Shown in pieces: positions 50,949 to 60,699 of a DNA stretch of 64,000 bases (positions are counted from its first letter, which is position 1; each line of letters starts with the position of its first letter). The notes below the pieces were generated by a model. That model did not search any database, was not told the DNA's origin, and was given only the letters and a program-made list of their open reading frames with translations. This stretch comes from Candidatus Bathyarchaeota archaeon (lineage in GTDB: Archaea; Thermoproteota; Bathyarchaeia; Bathyarchaeales; Bathycorpusculaceae): the NCBI GenBank assembly GCA_963780185.1, contig CAWABA010000006.1, positions 704,001 through 768,000 on the forward strand. Reading direction: 5' to 3'. The position numbers were made by a program, and so were the translations under genes.

Positions 50949-51830
50949 CTACGTCTCCATCCTTGTTTTTGTTAGATTTCTTCCTATAGTAAGCTTGACC
51001 AAAAGATTCAGTGCAAGCATAACGATTATCAGCATTAATGCAGCTCCCCACGCCTGAGTTATCCAATTCGGAACCGAAGAAAGAGCATAATTGTAAATAA
51101 GAACCGTTAGTGAAGCTGTTGGCTGATTTAGATTTTTCACAAACAGAGTGCTTGTAGCCGCGGTAAATAGTAATGGAGCTGTTTCTCCCGCCGCCCGCGC
51201 CGTCGCTAACAGTATGCCAGTTAAGACGCCGTTTTTCCCTGTGGTTAAAACGATTCTAAGCACGGTTTTCCATCTTGGAATTCCAAGAGCCATCGAGGCT
51301 TCTCTTAGCGTGTTTGGGACAAGCTTTAGCGATTCGCTTGTTGTCCGCGCTATAATGGGAGTCATTATAAGACTCAGTGCGAAACCGCCTGCATAAGCCG
51401 AATTTTGATGTGGATTTGTATTCAAAACTATTATAATGTAAACGAACAGCCCCAACACCATTGTGGGAAAACCAGTAAGCACATCATTCAAGAAACCTGA
51501 AACCGTGGAAAGTTTAGATGTTGACCATTCTGAAAAGAAGATGCCTGCTCCAACACCTATCGGTACCGAGATAAGGGCGGCTAACCCCACCATAATAACA
51601 GATCCTTCTATTGCTGGGGCTATTCCTCCGCCTGGGAGGTTTGGTGCGGTAGGCTTCTTGGTCAGGAAGTCTATGTTTATGGCTGGGGCGCCTTTTATGA
51701 TTACGTCTCCCAGTATGAGTATTAGGGGTACTAGGGCAAGAACTACAGCCACCAGCACTAAGATTGTCATTGATTTGTTAGTAATTTTTCGCCGCAGTGA
51801 AATATTCGCTGGAAGGCTAGATTTTGTCAT
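50949..51830 (-). CDS. pstA: Phosphate ABC permease PstA
   Basis: REASMALG, ARAAGETAPLLFT. Confidence 0.94.
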   Translation of the reverse strand: MTKSSLPANISLRRKITNKSMTILVLVAVVLALVPLILILGDVIIKGAPAINIDFLTKKPTAPNLPGGGIAPAIEGSVIMVGLAALISVPIGVGAGIFFSEWSTSKLSTVSGFLNDVLTGFPTMVLGLFVYIIIVLNTNPHQNSAYAGGFALSLIMTPIIARTTSESLKLVPNTLREASMALGIPRWKTVLRIVLTTGKNGVLTGILLATARAAGETAPLLFTAATSTLFVKNLNQPTASLTVLIYNYALSSVPNWITQAWGAALMLIIVMLALNLLVKLTIGRNLTKTRMET

Positions 51831-51845
51831 TTACCGTAGCACCTC

Positions 51846-52776
51846 TCAAACTTTGACCTGTTGTCCACGAGTCATCCTCCAAAGCAAAACTCGAGCAACA
51901 ACGTTAACTAATAAAGCAACAGCAAACAGGATTAATGCTATTTCAATTATAGAAGATTCGATAAAGCCCTGTAGACTCGCCAAATTCATTTGCGATTAGC
52001 GACGACAAGGTGTATCCTGTAGAAAACAAATTGGGAGTAATGTTAGGAATGTTGCCTATTACCATGACCACAGCCATTGTTTCTCCGAAGGCACGTCCGA
52101 GCCCCAAAATGAATCCGCCAAATATACCTGACCGAGCATAGGGCAAAACGCTTTTCCACGTGACTTCCCAGTCTGTAGCACCAAGCGAGTACATCGCTTC
52201 ACGCTGACTGTTTGGAACAGCATTTAAAACATCTCTAGAAACTGCCGACATTGTCGGAATAATCATTATGGCTAGCACGATTCCAGCGCTAAAAAAATTG
52301 AAACCCGAAGGATTACGCCCCGCGAATAATGGGATGAAACCTAAATAGTGATTCAGGGGCCTTTCTAGATATGTACGCAAGAGGGGAACCAAAACAAATA
52401 CTCCCCATAAACCGAAAACAACACTGGGAACAGCTGCTAGTAGGTCTACAATTGTTCCCAATGAGTAACCAAGGGTTTGGTGGGCTTTTAGCTTCTCTGT
52501 TATAAAGATAGCTACGCCCAAGCTAATGGGGAATCCAACTAAAATGGCGATCCCCGATGTAACTAAGGTTCCGTAAATAAAAGGTAAAGCACCAAACTGG
52601 TTCTTATCTGAGTTCCATTTTGTTCCGACCAGAAATTTTGGTCCGAACTGGAATATTGAGGGCTCCGCGATATGATACAGCTCAACTGCAAGTGCAACAA
52701 CAAGAGCCACAATGAATAAGGCTGCAGCTGCGAGAAGGATTTTTAGTATTGTATCTCCGCGCAGTCTTAACTGCAA
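51846..52776 (-). CDS. pstC: Phosphate ABC permease PstC, 3' frameshift near 51962
   Basis: LLAAVPSVVFGLWG, GRAFGETMAV..VIGN; the last TM lies in an alternate frame ending at 51846. Confidence 0.92.
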
Positions 52777-52837
52777 CTTTTCTATCCTCAGTATTTTTCG
52801 TTAATTTCAAAAAAATAGGGGTAGATTGCTTTTATAT

Positions 52838-54145
52838 CTACTTAAATGGCGTTCCGTTGTAGGTTACCAAGTGGAGTGCTGCGTTGTCAATGGCGACTAT
52901 GCTGGCGGGCAATGGAACGTATCCTTCACTTATCCCCAATGATTGGCCTGAGTTCACGATCCACGAGAAGAAGTCGACTAAAGCTGCGCCTTGGGCTTGG
53001 TTGGTTTGCACTTCATAGACCAAACCGTATGTCAATGTAACAATTGGGTATATGCTGGTGTCGGTTGTATCTTTGTATGTGTTGTCAATTATAGAAACAC
53101 CTGTCCATGAGGCGCTCCCCGCTGGAAGACTTGTTGCACCTGCTGCAAGCGTGGCACCTATGTTTGCATTGTTAGCTAAGATGTAATTGCCTGCAGCGTT
53201 TGCAACCGTTCCGTAGAAGAGCGTGGTTTGGCCTGGATTTTCAAGTATGTAGGAGATTTCAAGTGGGCCGATTGCGCCTGTGATTTCGCCAATGTCTGTT
53301 GCTACACCTGCGTTTTTGGTTCCTTCTTGCTCGCCTGGAAGAGATGGCCAGATTGATGCGCTTGTACTTGGCGCTCCAACGGATGTTGCCCAAGCAGTGC
53401 TTGTGTCATACAGGTAATCGGTGAAGGCGAACATGGTTCCGCTTGAGTCAGCTCGGTGAACGCAAGTTATCGACAAATTAGGTAATGTTGTTCCTGGGTT
53501 GATGTGTGCAAGTTGGGGGTCGTTCCAATTGGTTATGTTGCCCATGAAGATTTGTGCTAGAATAGGTCCTGTAAAGTTTAGAGTTGGAGTAGAGGCGCCT
53601 TCTCCAAGATTGTATGCTGGCACTACTGCGCTGGCAGTTAACGGAATGGTTAGGCAAGTTTGCCCTGAAGGCACAGCTGCGTACTGGGCTGCTGTTAGTG
53701 GTGCGTCCGATTCGCCGAAGTTGCCTATTCCATTATTTATGAAAGCGGTAATTCCTGCACCGCTTCCAACGGCATTGTAGGTAATTGAAATTTGGGGTTC
53801 GACTTGTGTGCTATATTGGTTTTCCCATGTTTGCATGAGTGGGTAGACAAGTGTACCTCCGTTTCCAGTTAGTGATGCTGACGCTAGTGGTGCTGGCGTT
53901 GGAGTTGGAGTTGGAGCGGGAGTTGGGGTGGGAGTTGGAGTTGGAGTAGCGGTAGGTCCTGAAGTTGGAGAGCTTGTTGGTTTCGCGGTTGGCGAAGTTG
54001 AAGGTGAGCCCGTTGGGGTTGCCGTTGGGCTTGGACTTGGGCCTGGCTTGTTTGAATTTGAAGATAGGTATGTGTAAGCGAATACGCTGCCTATTATTAT
54101 AACGATAACAACTACTGCAATGGTTATCATGTATGTAGTTTTCAT
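52838..54145 (-). CDS. pstS: Phosphate-binding protein PstS with N-terminal TM and Pro/Thr linker
   Basis: GSGAG, HRADSSGT, YPIVTLTY; (TP)n spacer. Confidence 0.93.
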   Translation of the reverse strand: MKTTYMITIAVVVIVIIIGSVFAYTYLSSNSNKPGPSPSPTATPTGSPSTSPTAKPTSSPTSGPTATPTPTPTPTPAPTPTPTPAPLASASLTGNGGTLVYPLMQTWENQYSTQVEPQISITYNAVGSGAGITAFINNGIGNFGESDAPLTAAQYAAVPSGQTCLTIPLTASAVVPAYNLGEGASTPTLNFTGPILAQIFMGNITNWNDPQLAHINPGTTLPNLSITCVHRADSSGTMFAFTDYLYDTSTAWATSVGAPSTSASIWPSLPGEQEGTKNAGVATDIGEITGAIGPLEISYILENPGQTTLFYGTVANAAGNYILANNANIGATLAAGATSLPAGSASWTGVSIIDNTYKDTTDTSIYPIVTLTYGLVYEVQTNQAQGAALVDFFSWIVNSGQSLGISEGYVPLPASIVAIDNAALHLVTYNGTPFK

Positions 54146-54348
54146 TTTTTTACCTCTATTTTACAAGCGACAATGTAGATTCAGTTGTTATATCGATTCC
54201 CAACATAATTACCATAGAATATATAGATGGAAAAAAGCCCCAAAAACCACGAAAAAACGTCAATCCATACTCAACCCACCTGTGAACCCCGTAAAAAATT
54301 GTCCCCACTTAACCTCCCGTCCGTGGCTTTTTGTCATGAATTGGGATA

Positions 54349-55012
54349 ATGTTCAAAAGCGACGTTTTGGCAATCAATAGAATAATGATTCCTATTCTGA
54401 ACGTTAATTGGCAGAGCCTTCCGTCTGACTACGACCTCAGCGAACGCGACGCTGACGTATTAGCGCTCATAGAAACGGAAGACTTAACCGTATTCACGTT
54501 TGATGGCTTAAAACGAAGAACATGCCTGCATCCTGAAACGTTGTCGCGAATCCTTAGCCGACTCGAAGAAGAAGGCATAGTCAAAGAAAGAACATGAAGG
54601 CTACAGGGTCTCGCCAAAAATAACCAAACTTAAACTCAACCAAACACACCCTGAAAAGCCGTCTACAACCCTTATTCAAACTTTCCTTCCGTCAGACCTC
54701 ATGACCCAGCACCTGATTCTTTCCCTCAGAGGCAAATGGTTCGGCATGCTGCGTTGGCTAGGCACCTCAGAGAACAACCGCGGCGTCACGTTAAAGTGGA
54801 TAACGGAAGACGGCGGAATCCAAATAGCCGCAAACATTCAGGGAACAACGCTTAACATCGAAGCGAAGTTTTTGACAAACAACGATTTGAACTTGGCGTT
54901 GAAAGCGTCTTACCAGCTTATGGCAAACATCGGCAAGCTTTGTCAAGGTTCACATGCAATGGCAAGAAACGTGGGTTACTTCGGCGGCTCAAACTTCTAC
55001 ATGCCAGCCTAA
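54349..55012 (+). CDS. Winged-helix-containing hypothetical protein, frameshift near 54583 joining two ORFs
   Basis: FTFDGLKR...HPETLSRIL.RLEEEG continues in an alternate frame (EGYRVS...) into ORF 54701-55012. Start uncertain. Confidence 0.7.
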
Positions 55013-55184
55013 ACTGCCCCTTAGATTTTTGAAATATTTTCTTTTGCAAGAAGCGAAAGCAAGAAAAGCCTTAGATTGGGCGCTTGCTCGGTGTCGATTA
55101 AGGGGTAAATTGGGGAAAAGCATTTAAAAAGCAAACGTAAGCATGAACTGAAAAGAAGGCTGTTAGTGCGGGTCTGGTTACGTA

Positions 55185-56162
55185 ATGGTGGATCAAGAAA
55201 AAGAAGAGACGGAAGCGAAAAATTCAAAGCTTGATAAATTGAAAGCTGACGTCGGCTTCGATTATCATTCTTCCCGCTTCTTTTCCCTGATTTTCTTAGT
55301 AATCTACATCGTAGCCATAACGATTTTCTGTTTAAGATATAGTATTATTCCTGGTCCTGAATTTCTGGTTTTAGGCATCCTCTTCATCGCCGCCTACAAT
55401 AAACAGACTTACCGTGCACTGAAAGATTGGCTTCCCTTCATCACGATTTTTCTGTCTTACGAAGTCATGTACAGTTTCGTAGGCAAAGTTTCCATGGGCA
55501 ATCTTCACGGAGGACCAGAATTTGTGGATAAGCAGCTGTTTGGTCAGATCCCCAGCATTATTCTTCAACAAAGCTTCAGGCTGCCAATTTTAGATTATAT
55601 GGGAGCGTTCTTCTACTCGATATACTTTTTTGTGCCAACAATATTCGCCTATGTTGTTTGGAGGAAAAGCCCCAAAAACTACTGGAAATACACGGTAGCC
55701 TTCGGCGTACTCACCTACTCCGCCCTGATAACTTTCCTGTTTTACCCTGTTGCTCCGCCTTGGTGGCAGTTCAACTCCCTCCATAACGCTTCATACACGG
55801 GTCCCCAAATAATACGTGTCTTAACTGGGTCAGTTGACCCCAGCTTAGGCGTCCCAGTTTACAAGACGCTGTTTGACTTCTTAAGCCCCAACAACTTCGC
55901 AGCTTTCCCAAGTATGCACTCCGCGATTCCTTGGCTTGTCTTCCTGTTCGCCTTCAAAATCTGGAAATGGAAGTCGCTTCCAGTGCTTGCGATCCCTGTC
56001 GGCACATGGTTCAGCGCTGTATACCTCGGAGAACATTACTTCACAGATGTCATCGCAGGAATAATCTACGCAACAATTGCTTACTTCGCGGTCACAAAAC
56101 TGCTGCCTTACCTATCGGCGAGAGTAGGCTACTTGCAAAAGCATATTCCTGTGGAAAAATAA
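55185..56162 (+). CDS. PAP2/AUR1 (IPC-synthase-like) membrane phosphoesterase/transferase
   Basis: YPVAPPW, AAFPSMH and GEHYFTD motifs. Confidence 0.88.
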   Translation: MVDQEKEETEAKNSKLDKLKADVGFDYHSSRFFSLIFLVIYIVAITIFCLRYSIIPGPEFLVLGILFIAAYNKQTYRALKDWLPFITIFLSYEVMYSFVGKVSMGNLHGGPEFVDKQLFGQIPSIILQQSFRLPILDYMGAFFYSIYFFVPTIFAYVVWRKSPKNYWKYTVAFGVLTYSALITFLFYPVAPPWWQFNSLHNASYTGPQIIRVLTGSVDPSLGVPVYKTLFDFLSPNNFAAFPSMHSAIPWLVFLFAFKIWKWKSLPVLAIPVGTWFSAVYLGEHYFTDVIAGIIYATIAYFAVTKLLPYLSARVGYLQKHIPVEK

Positions 56163-56186
56163 AAAGGGCAACTCATTAGGGGTAGC

Positions 56187-56366
56187 TTACTCGCCCAAGT
56201 TTTGTTTGCCTTTCTCATTTAGTTCTGCGTTAATTCGGGAAATTTCTTGGCACCATTTCCTTCTTTCTTTATGGTCCAAACTTAAGATTTCGTCAATGTT
56301 CCAATGAAAATAATAGGCTATGAAGGCTACTTCACTGTAGATTTGTTCAGCGGGGTAGCCCTTCAT
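56187..56366 (-). CDS. eCIS small tail-assembly protein (DUF6760/GpE-like; not in ORF track)
   Basis: MKGYPAEQIYSEVAFIAYYFHWNIDEILSLDHKERRKWCQEISRIN...; ATG overlaps the upstream TGA (ATGA). Confidence 0.85.
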   Translation of the reverse strand: MKGYPAEQIYSEVAFIAYYFHWNIDEILSLDHKERRKWCQEISRINAELNEKGKQNLGE

Positions 56367-56728
56367 GCCCCCGGGCTGCCTATCTCCACTTGAAAGTCAG
56401 TTTTGCAGTTTGGGCACGTAGCCTTTATTGTGGTGTTGCCTTCGCCGTTTATTTTGTTGTAGAAGGCTTGAAGGTACGATAGGTCTGATGCGAAGAGGTT
56501 CTCGACTGTTTTGGTGCTTACCGCGTTGAGGTCGCCTAATTTGGTTACGACTCGCGACAGCACTATTACGGTTAGGTATGCTGGGTTTTGCTGTACTCGG
56601 GGGTCTTTTAGAGGGAGAATTTCGTCGGCGGCGGTTGCAAGCCTCATGACGCCTTTTTTGTGGAGAGTGCCGCTGTCGTCGACGTATCCTTTCGGCAAAG
56701 TGAACTCGTATTCCACTTGGATAACCAT
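56363..56728 (-). CDS. eCIS/phage tail assembly chaperone
   Basis: FTLPKGYVD..GTLH..G.MRLATAADE..PL.DPRV..NPAYL, LF.SDL.YLQ.FY..IN, CPNC. Confidence 0.88.
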   Translation of the reverse strand: MVIQVEYEFTLPKGYVDDSGTLHKKGVMRLATAADEILPLKDPRVQQNPAYLTVIVLSRVVTKLGDLNAVSTKTVENLFASDLSYLQAFYNKINGEGNTTIKATCPNCKTDFQVEIGSPGA

Positions 56729-56744
56729 TTAATCGCCTCGCAGG

Positions 56745-57188
56745 TTACTTTGCCCGTTGCATCGATTCGAAAGCTATTTCCAACGTTTCAATAGCCACAT
56801 CGTTTCCTTTGGCGTTCATGTCAGGAGCCTTGTATTTGCTTGGCCATGCGTTGCCGAATTCCCATCTTGCCGCGTCGTTGCCTTCTTCATCCATAAGAAT
56901 CACAGCGATGTTGCGTCGGGCTTGAGCTAGCTGTCCCTGCTCAACCATCTTGCGCCAGTTGTAAAGGTCCATCGAGTTGGTTATTCCCCACTTTAACACT
57001 AGAATGCCGTGTTTGGTGAGGCCTGACAGTTTCCTGGCGTACAGGACTGCTTCGGTGCCTTCTCGGTACTCAATTATGTCGGTTGATGAATCTGGGATTG
57101 TGGCTTCGCTGAAGCCTGCTTGCTGGATGCTGTCTATTTCTATTCGGAAACGGAAGTTTGCGAAGGGGTCTTTTCTTTGTGTCGACAT
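56745..57188 (-). CDS. Tail tube protein (T4 gp19/Afp1-5-like)
   Basis: DPF.NFRF..EID, IEYREG, KLSGL, LKWG, W.F.NAWPSKY, AIETLEI. Confidence 0.93.
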   Translation of the reverse strand: MSTQRKDPFANFRFRIEIDSIQQAGFSEATIPDSSTDIIEYREGTEAVLYARKLSGLTKHGILVLKWGITNSMDLYNWRKMVEQGQLAQARRNIAVILMDEEGNDAARWEFGNAWPSKYKAPDMNAKGNDVAIETLEIAFESMQRAK

Positions 57189-57202
57189 ATCTTTTCACCT
57201 CA

Positions 57203-59293
57203 TTACTCCGTTGCAGCGGAGCCTCCTTGCCATTGAGCTATACGGAATATCACGAACTCCGCGGGTTTTGTGGCTGCTACTCCGACAACCACTACTAATC
57301 TGCCGTTGTCGATGTCATCCTGAGTCATGGTTGTTCGATCGCACTTAACGAAGAAAGCTTGGTTGGGAGTGGTACCCATCAATGCGCCGCTCTTCCACTG
57401 CGTAGTTAGGAACTGCGAAATCGTTTGGATCATTCTTGCCCACAGTTTTTCGTTGTTGGGTTCAAAAACAACCCATTGGGTTCCCTGCTCGATTGATTGT
57501 TCAAGGAATATGAATAAGCGTCTTACGTTGATGTACTGCCAAAGCGGGTCAGATGAACAGGTTCTGGCGCCCCAAACGCGGATGCCTCTTCCCGTGAATG
57601 CGCGTATGCAGTTTACGCCTTTAGGATTAAGTTGGCCTTGGTCGGCGTTGTTGATGAGGTATTTGAGTTCAGTTGTGTTCTGGACAGTCTCGTTTGCAGG
57701 TGCCTTAAAAACGCCTTTGTCGTTGTCGGTGCGCGCGTAAACGCCCATGATTGAGCCAGAAGGCGGAATAAAGATGTCTGCGTTATCGACTGGGTCAAAG
57801 ACTTTGATCCATGGATGGTACAGCGCTGCGTAAGAGGTATCGAAAAGATCGCGGAAACTCAGCACATCAGAAATTTGCTGGTAGTTCGGCGGAGCATCAA
57901 GAACTGCAAAGCGGTCCTTGTACATGTCGCAGAAGTCGGTTAGATTCTTGAGTGTGTCTGCATCGTAGACACCGGGGATTGCCATTATGCTTACGTCGGT
58001 GACCTCTTGGAAAGCCTGTAGCCCTGTTCTTTTTCCTGGGCCGCCGTCGTTTCCTTCGAAATCAGCTGGGGTAACTTTGGTGTAATTGCCGTCTGAGCCG
58101 TTCTGTAGGCTGATGTACCATGTTCCATTTTGAAGGGTGTCGTTCTCAGGCATCATGAAGGGGTTGGTTGCGCCTGAAGCGTCGGACATCAGAGCTGAGG
58201 CTTGAGCTTCAGGCCACGACAACGTTACGTAGCTGGAGACGTCGTTAACCATTTTGCCAAAATAGTTGTCTACGTTAGGGTTCAATGAAAGGTTGCTGAA
58301 GGTTTCCTTCAAGTTTGCTACCTGCACGGTTTTTCCCTGCTTCAGGGCATCTTCAATCAGGTAAACTTCCAGTTTGAATTCGCAAGTCGATAGGATCCGC
58401 TCGGGATGTGCTCCTGAACCGACCACGTCGCCGTCGCCTGTTAGGTGGCTTGACAAGGTGAGTACGTCGCCTTGGATTGAGTTCACCTGGGCGTACTGTT
58501 TAGTTGATCCGCTGTCGAAAACTACGATTCCGCCCGCGTAAAAGCCATTTTTGCTTTTAAGTTGGTACTGGAGGCTTTTTGTAGCGTCGCCGACAACGCT
58601 TGAAATCAGGGTTTTTGCTTGGCTTACTGGAACGGAGCGAAGCAAAAGCTTGTTGCCCCAATCACCGACGCTTGTCGCTGAGAAAGTAACTGTTGCGGAG
58701 GCGCTTGCGCTCGGCAGATTCTTGACGGTAACACGTGTGGTTGCCAATGCGTGATCGGCTGCGAGGGGAGTAGTTTTGTCCAGTGTTACCGTTGATTTTG
58801 ATGGGTCGTAGGAGGCGATGATCAAATCAACTTCGTTTTTGACCCATTTTGTAGGGTCTGTAGGGTCTTGGTCTTCAATTACCAGTTTGCATTTGCTATC
58901 TAAGAACATAATTGACTCAAACTGCAACGAGGAGTCTGCAGCCTTAAGGTCATCTGCAAGCTGCAGGACGGGCACTATTGAGACGACGTCGTCGCCTGCT
59001 TGAGAAGCGTCTGAGGGAGCGACACGCATTACGTAGCAGCCGCTGCCGCCGTTGATGAAGAAATTGTTGATTGCTTGAGCTAAAAAGCGGTATTGACCGT
59101 AGTCGCTTGAGAGGTAATTTCCAAAGATGGATTGGAACTCTGAAAAGCTTGATATGAACTGGGGTTTTCCTATGGTTGGTCCTTTTTCAGCGAGGCCTAG
59201 GAACCCAGCTGTACTGGTGCTTACGCCTTCTATGGGTTTAGCGCCAATTTCAATCTCTTCAATATAAACTCCGGGTGTTGAATAGGTGGGCAT
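57203..59293 (-). CDS. Contractile tail sheath protein (Afp2-4-like)
   Basis: Y.TPGVYIEE, FFINGG, ALYHPW, PPSG...G..AR.D..GV.KAPAN, LNPKGVN.IR, WGART, YINVRR, KPAEFVIFRI.Q. Confidence 0.96.
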   Translation of the reverse strand: MPTYSTPGVYIEEIEIGAKPIEGVSTSTAGFLGLAEKGPTIGKPQFISSFSEFQSIFGNYLSSDYGQYRFLAQAINNFFINGGSGCYVMRVAPSDASQAGDDVVSIVPVLQLADDLKAADSSLQFESIMFLDSKCKLVIEDQDPTDPTKWVKNEVDLIIASYDPSKSTVTLDKTTPLAADHALATTRVTVKNLPSASASATVTFSATSVGDWGNKLLLRSVPVSQAKTLISSVVGDATKSLQYQLKSKNGFYAGGIVVFDSGSTKQYAQVNSIQGDVLTLSSHLTGDGDVVGSGAHPERILSTCEFKLEVYLIEDALKQGKTVQVANLKETFSNLSLNPNVDNYFGKMVNDVSSYVTLSWPEAQASALMSDASGATNPFMMPENDTLQNGTWYISLQNGSDGNYTKVTPADFEGNDGGPGKRTGLQAFQEVTDVSIMAIPGVYDADTLKNLTDFCDMYKDRFAVLDAPPNYQQISDVLSFRDLFDTSYAALYHPWIKVFDPVDNADIFIPPSGSIMGVYARTDNDKGVFKAPANETVQNTTELKYLINNADQGQLNPKGVNCIRAFTGRGIRVWGARTCSSDPLWQYINVRRLFIFLEQSIEQGTQWVVFEPNNEKLWARMIQTISQFLTTQWKSGALMGTTPNQAFFVKCDRTTMTQDDIDNGRLVVVVGVAATKPAEFVIFRIAQWQGGSAATE

Positions 59294-59318
59294 ATTCTCT
59301 AACCAGATTGAGCTTATC

Positions 59319-59954
59319 TTAAGAAGTTATATTTAATTTTATTGCTAAGGCTGACTTGCTTGCCCCTTCAGCAACTTTGTCAATGCTCACGGACGCCTCA
59401 ACGATGCCAACTTGAGCCTTAATGGTCATGACAGTTGTGCTGCCGTTGGTGGTTGCTTCCACGAACCCGGTGTCTGAAATGTCGTTGCTGGTCAGCTTGT
59501 TAAGGTAGAAAACGTATTCTCCTCGGTCAGTTGTAGAGGTGCTTAAAGCTCGCTCAACAAGGGTGACGTTTGCGTTGGGTACGGGGTTGCCTGTTTCGTC
59601 TTTGACCATTCCACGGATGAGGGTTGCTCCGTGCGGGAACGGGTATGCGGGAGTCGGGTCAAGCGCTATTTCCGTCGAGTTAAGAACTACATTGTTGTCT
59701 TTGTCAGGAGGCAAAAGGGTGAGGGGCAACGATTCAGCGTCGAAATAGCATTCGCTTTTAACTTGGACTATGTACGTTTTTGTGGTTGGAAGATTAAAAA
59801 ACAGGTAGAAACCAGATGGGTTCTTTACAGCAATGTAATCTTCGTCTTTCAAGGATACGGTGACTTTTCCTATCGGCTGTTGCTTCGAATAGTTGTCGGT
59901 AAGGCTTACAGCCAGTGAAAGACTTAAAGTGAATACATCTTGCGCCTGGCTCAT
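59319..59954 (-). CDS. eCIS-associated carboxypeptidase-regulatory-like domain protein
   Basis: NPSGFYLF, P.PAYPFP.GATLIRG.V.D..G.PV..A.V; sits between DUF4255 and sheath. Confidence 0.75.
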   Translation of the reverse strand: MSQAQDVFTLSLSLAVSLTDNYSKQQPIGKVTVSLKDEDYIAVKNPSGFYLFFNLPTTKTYIVQVKSECYFDAESLPLTLLPPDKDNNVVLNSTEIALDPTPAYPFPHGATLIRGMVKDETGNPVPNANVTLVERALSTSTTDRGEYVFYLNKLTSNDISDTGFVEATTNGSTTVMTIKAQVGIVEASVSIDKVAEGASKSALAIKLNITS

Positions 59955-60566
59955 TTAGCTAATGTCCCCTGGCTGTTTTTGTTTGTAAGTTGTTACCTTC
60001 TGAGTTACCAATGAGCCGCCTGGCAAGCGAGATGGGTCAATCCTTACTGGAGACACGCTGCAGCTACAGCAAAGTTTGAGGGGGGTCGAAAGCATCGTCC
60101 AAAGCTTGTTTAAATCGTCAATTGAAAGGGAATCCAAAGTCAGTCTGATGTCTTCGCCGTTTTCAATCAAGTTTCCCTGAAGGATCGTTCCCCTCAATAC
60201 GGGGTAGTCAACGAAGGTTTGGATTATTTTTCCTAGGATGGTTTGGTCGTTGCTTGCGTCTTGAGTAAACGGCGTAACCAGATAGTGAAGACTCAAGTAA
60301 ACAGGCGGGTTCTGTCGCGGTTGAGGAGAAGGCATATTCTTCATGGCTGAAAACTCAGCCACGTTGTATAGATAGATGGAGAGTTTTGCAGATTTTTCGG
60401 TTTTAACCTCTTCAGGCGACGCCAGAGAAACCTGGCTTTCCTGGCTGGCTTGACTGTTGAAGATTGAGCTGAGGTCAGGGTCGTTTGCCAAATTGACGAA
60501 TAGGAGGTTGGCTAACGTTTTGCTGGCGTCGTTGATGACTGTGCTGGTGTTGTTTTGGTTACTCAA
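59955..60566 (-). CDS. DUF4255 / Pvc16-Afp16-like cap (sheath terminator)
   Basis: VSL.SP, LSIYLYNV.E....N, L.LHYLVT, DQ.ILG, LSIDDL.KLW pattern. Confidence 0.85.
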   Translation of the reverse strand: MSNQNNTSTVINDASKTLANLLFVNLANDPDLSSIFNSQASQESQVSLASPEEVKTEKSAKLSIYLYNVAEFSAMKNMPSPQPRQNPPVYLSLHYLVTPFTQDASNDQTILGKIIQTFVDYPVLRGTILQGNLIENGEDIRLTLDSLSIDDLNKLWTMLSTPLKLCCSCSVSPVRIDPSRLPGGSLVTQKVTTYKQKQPGDIS

Positions 60567-60699
60567 GTCAGCTTTCCCTTTTCAGAGAATTATGCGGTTG
60601 ACCGCTTAAAGAACTTTGGGAAATAGAAGAGCAAGCTTACAAGCTGTCTCGTAAGAGAACAGAAAAAATTATATTCACTTCGAACCATATAGAAATAAC

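Noticed and set aside
53885-54045. GGAGTT/GGNGTT tandem repeats
   Set aside because: These encode the Pro/Thr linker of PstS; they are not CRISPR or a non-coding array.
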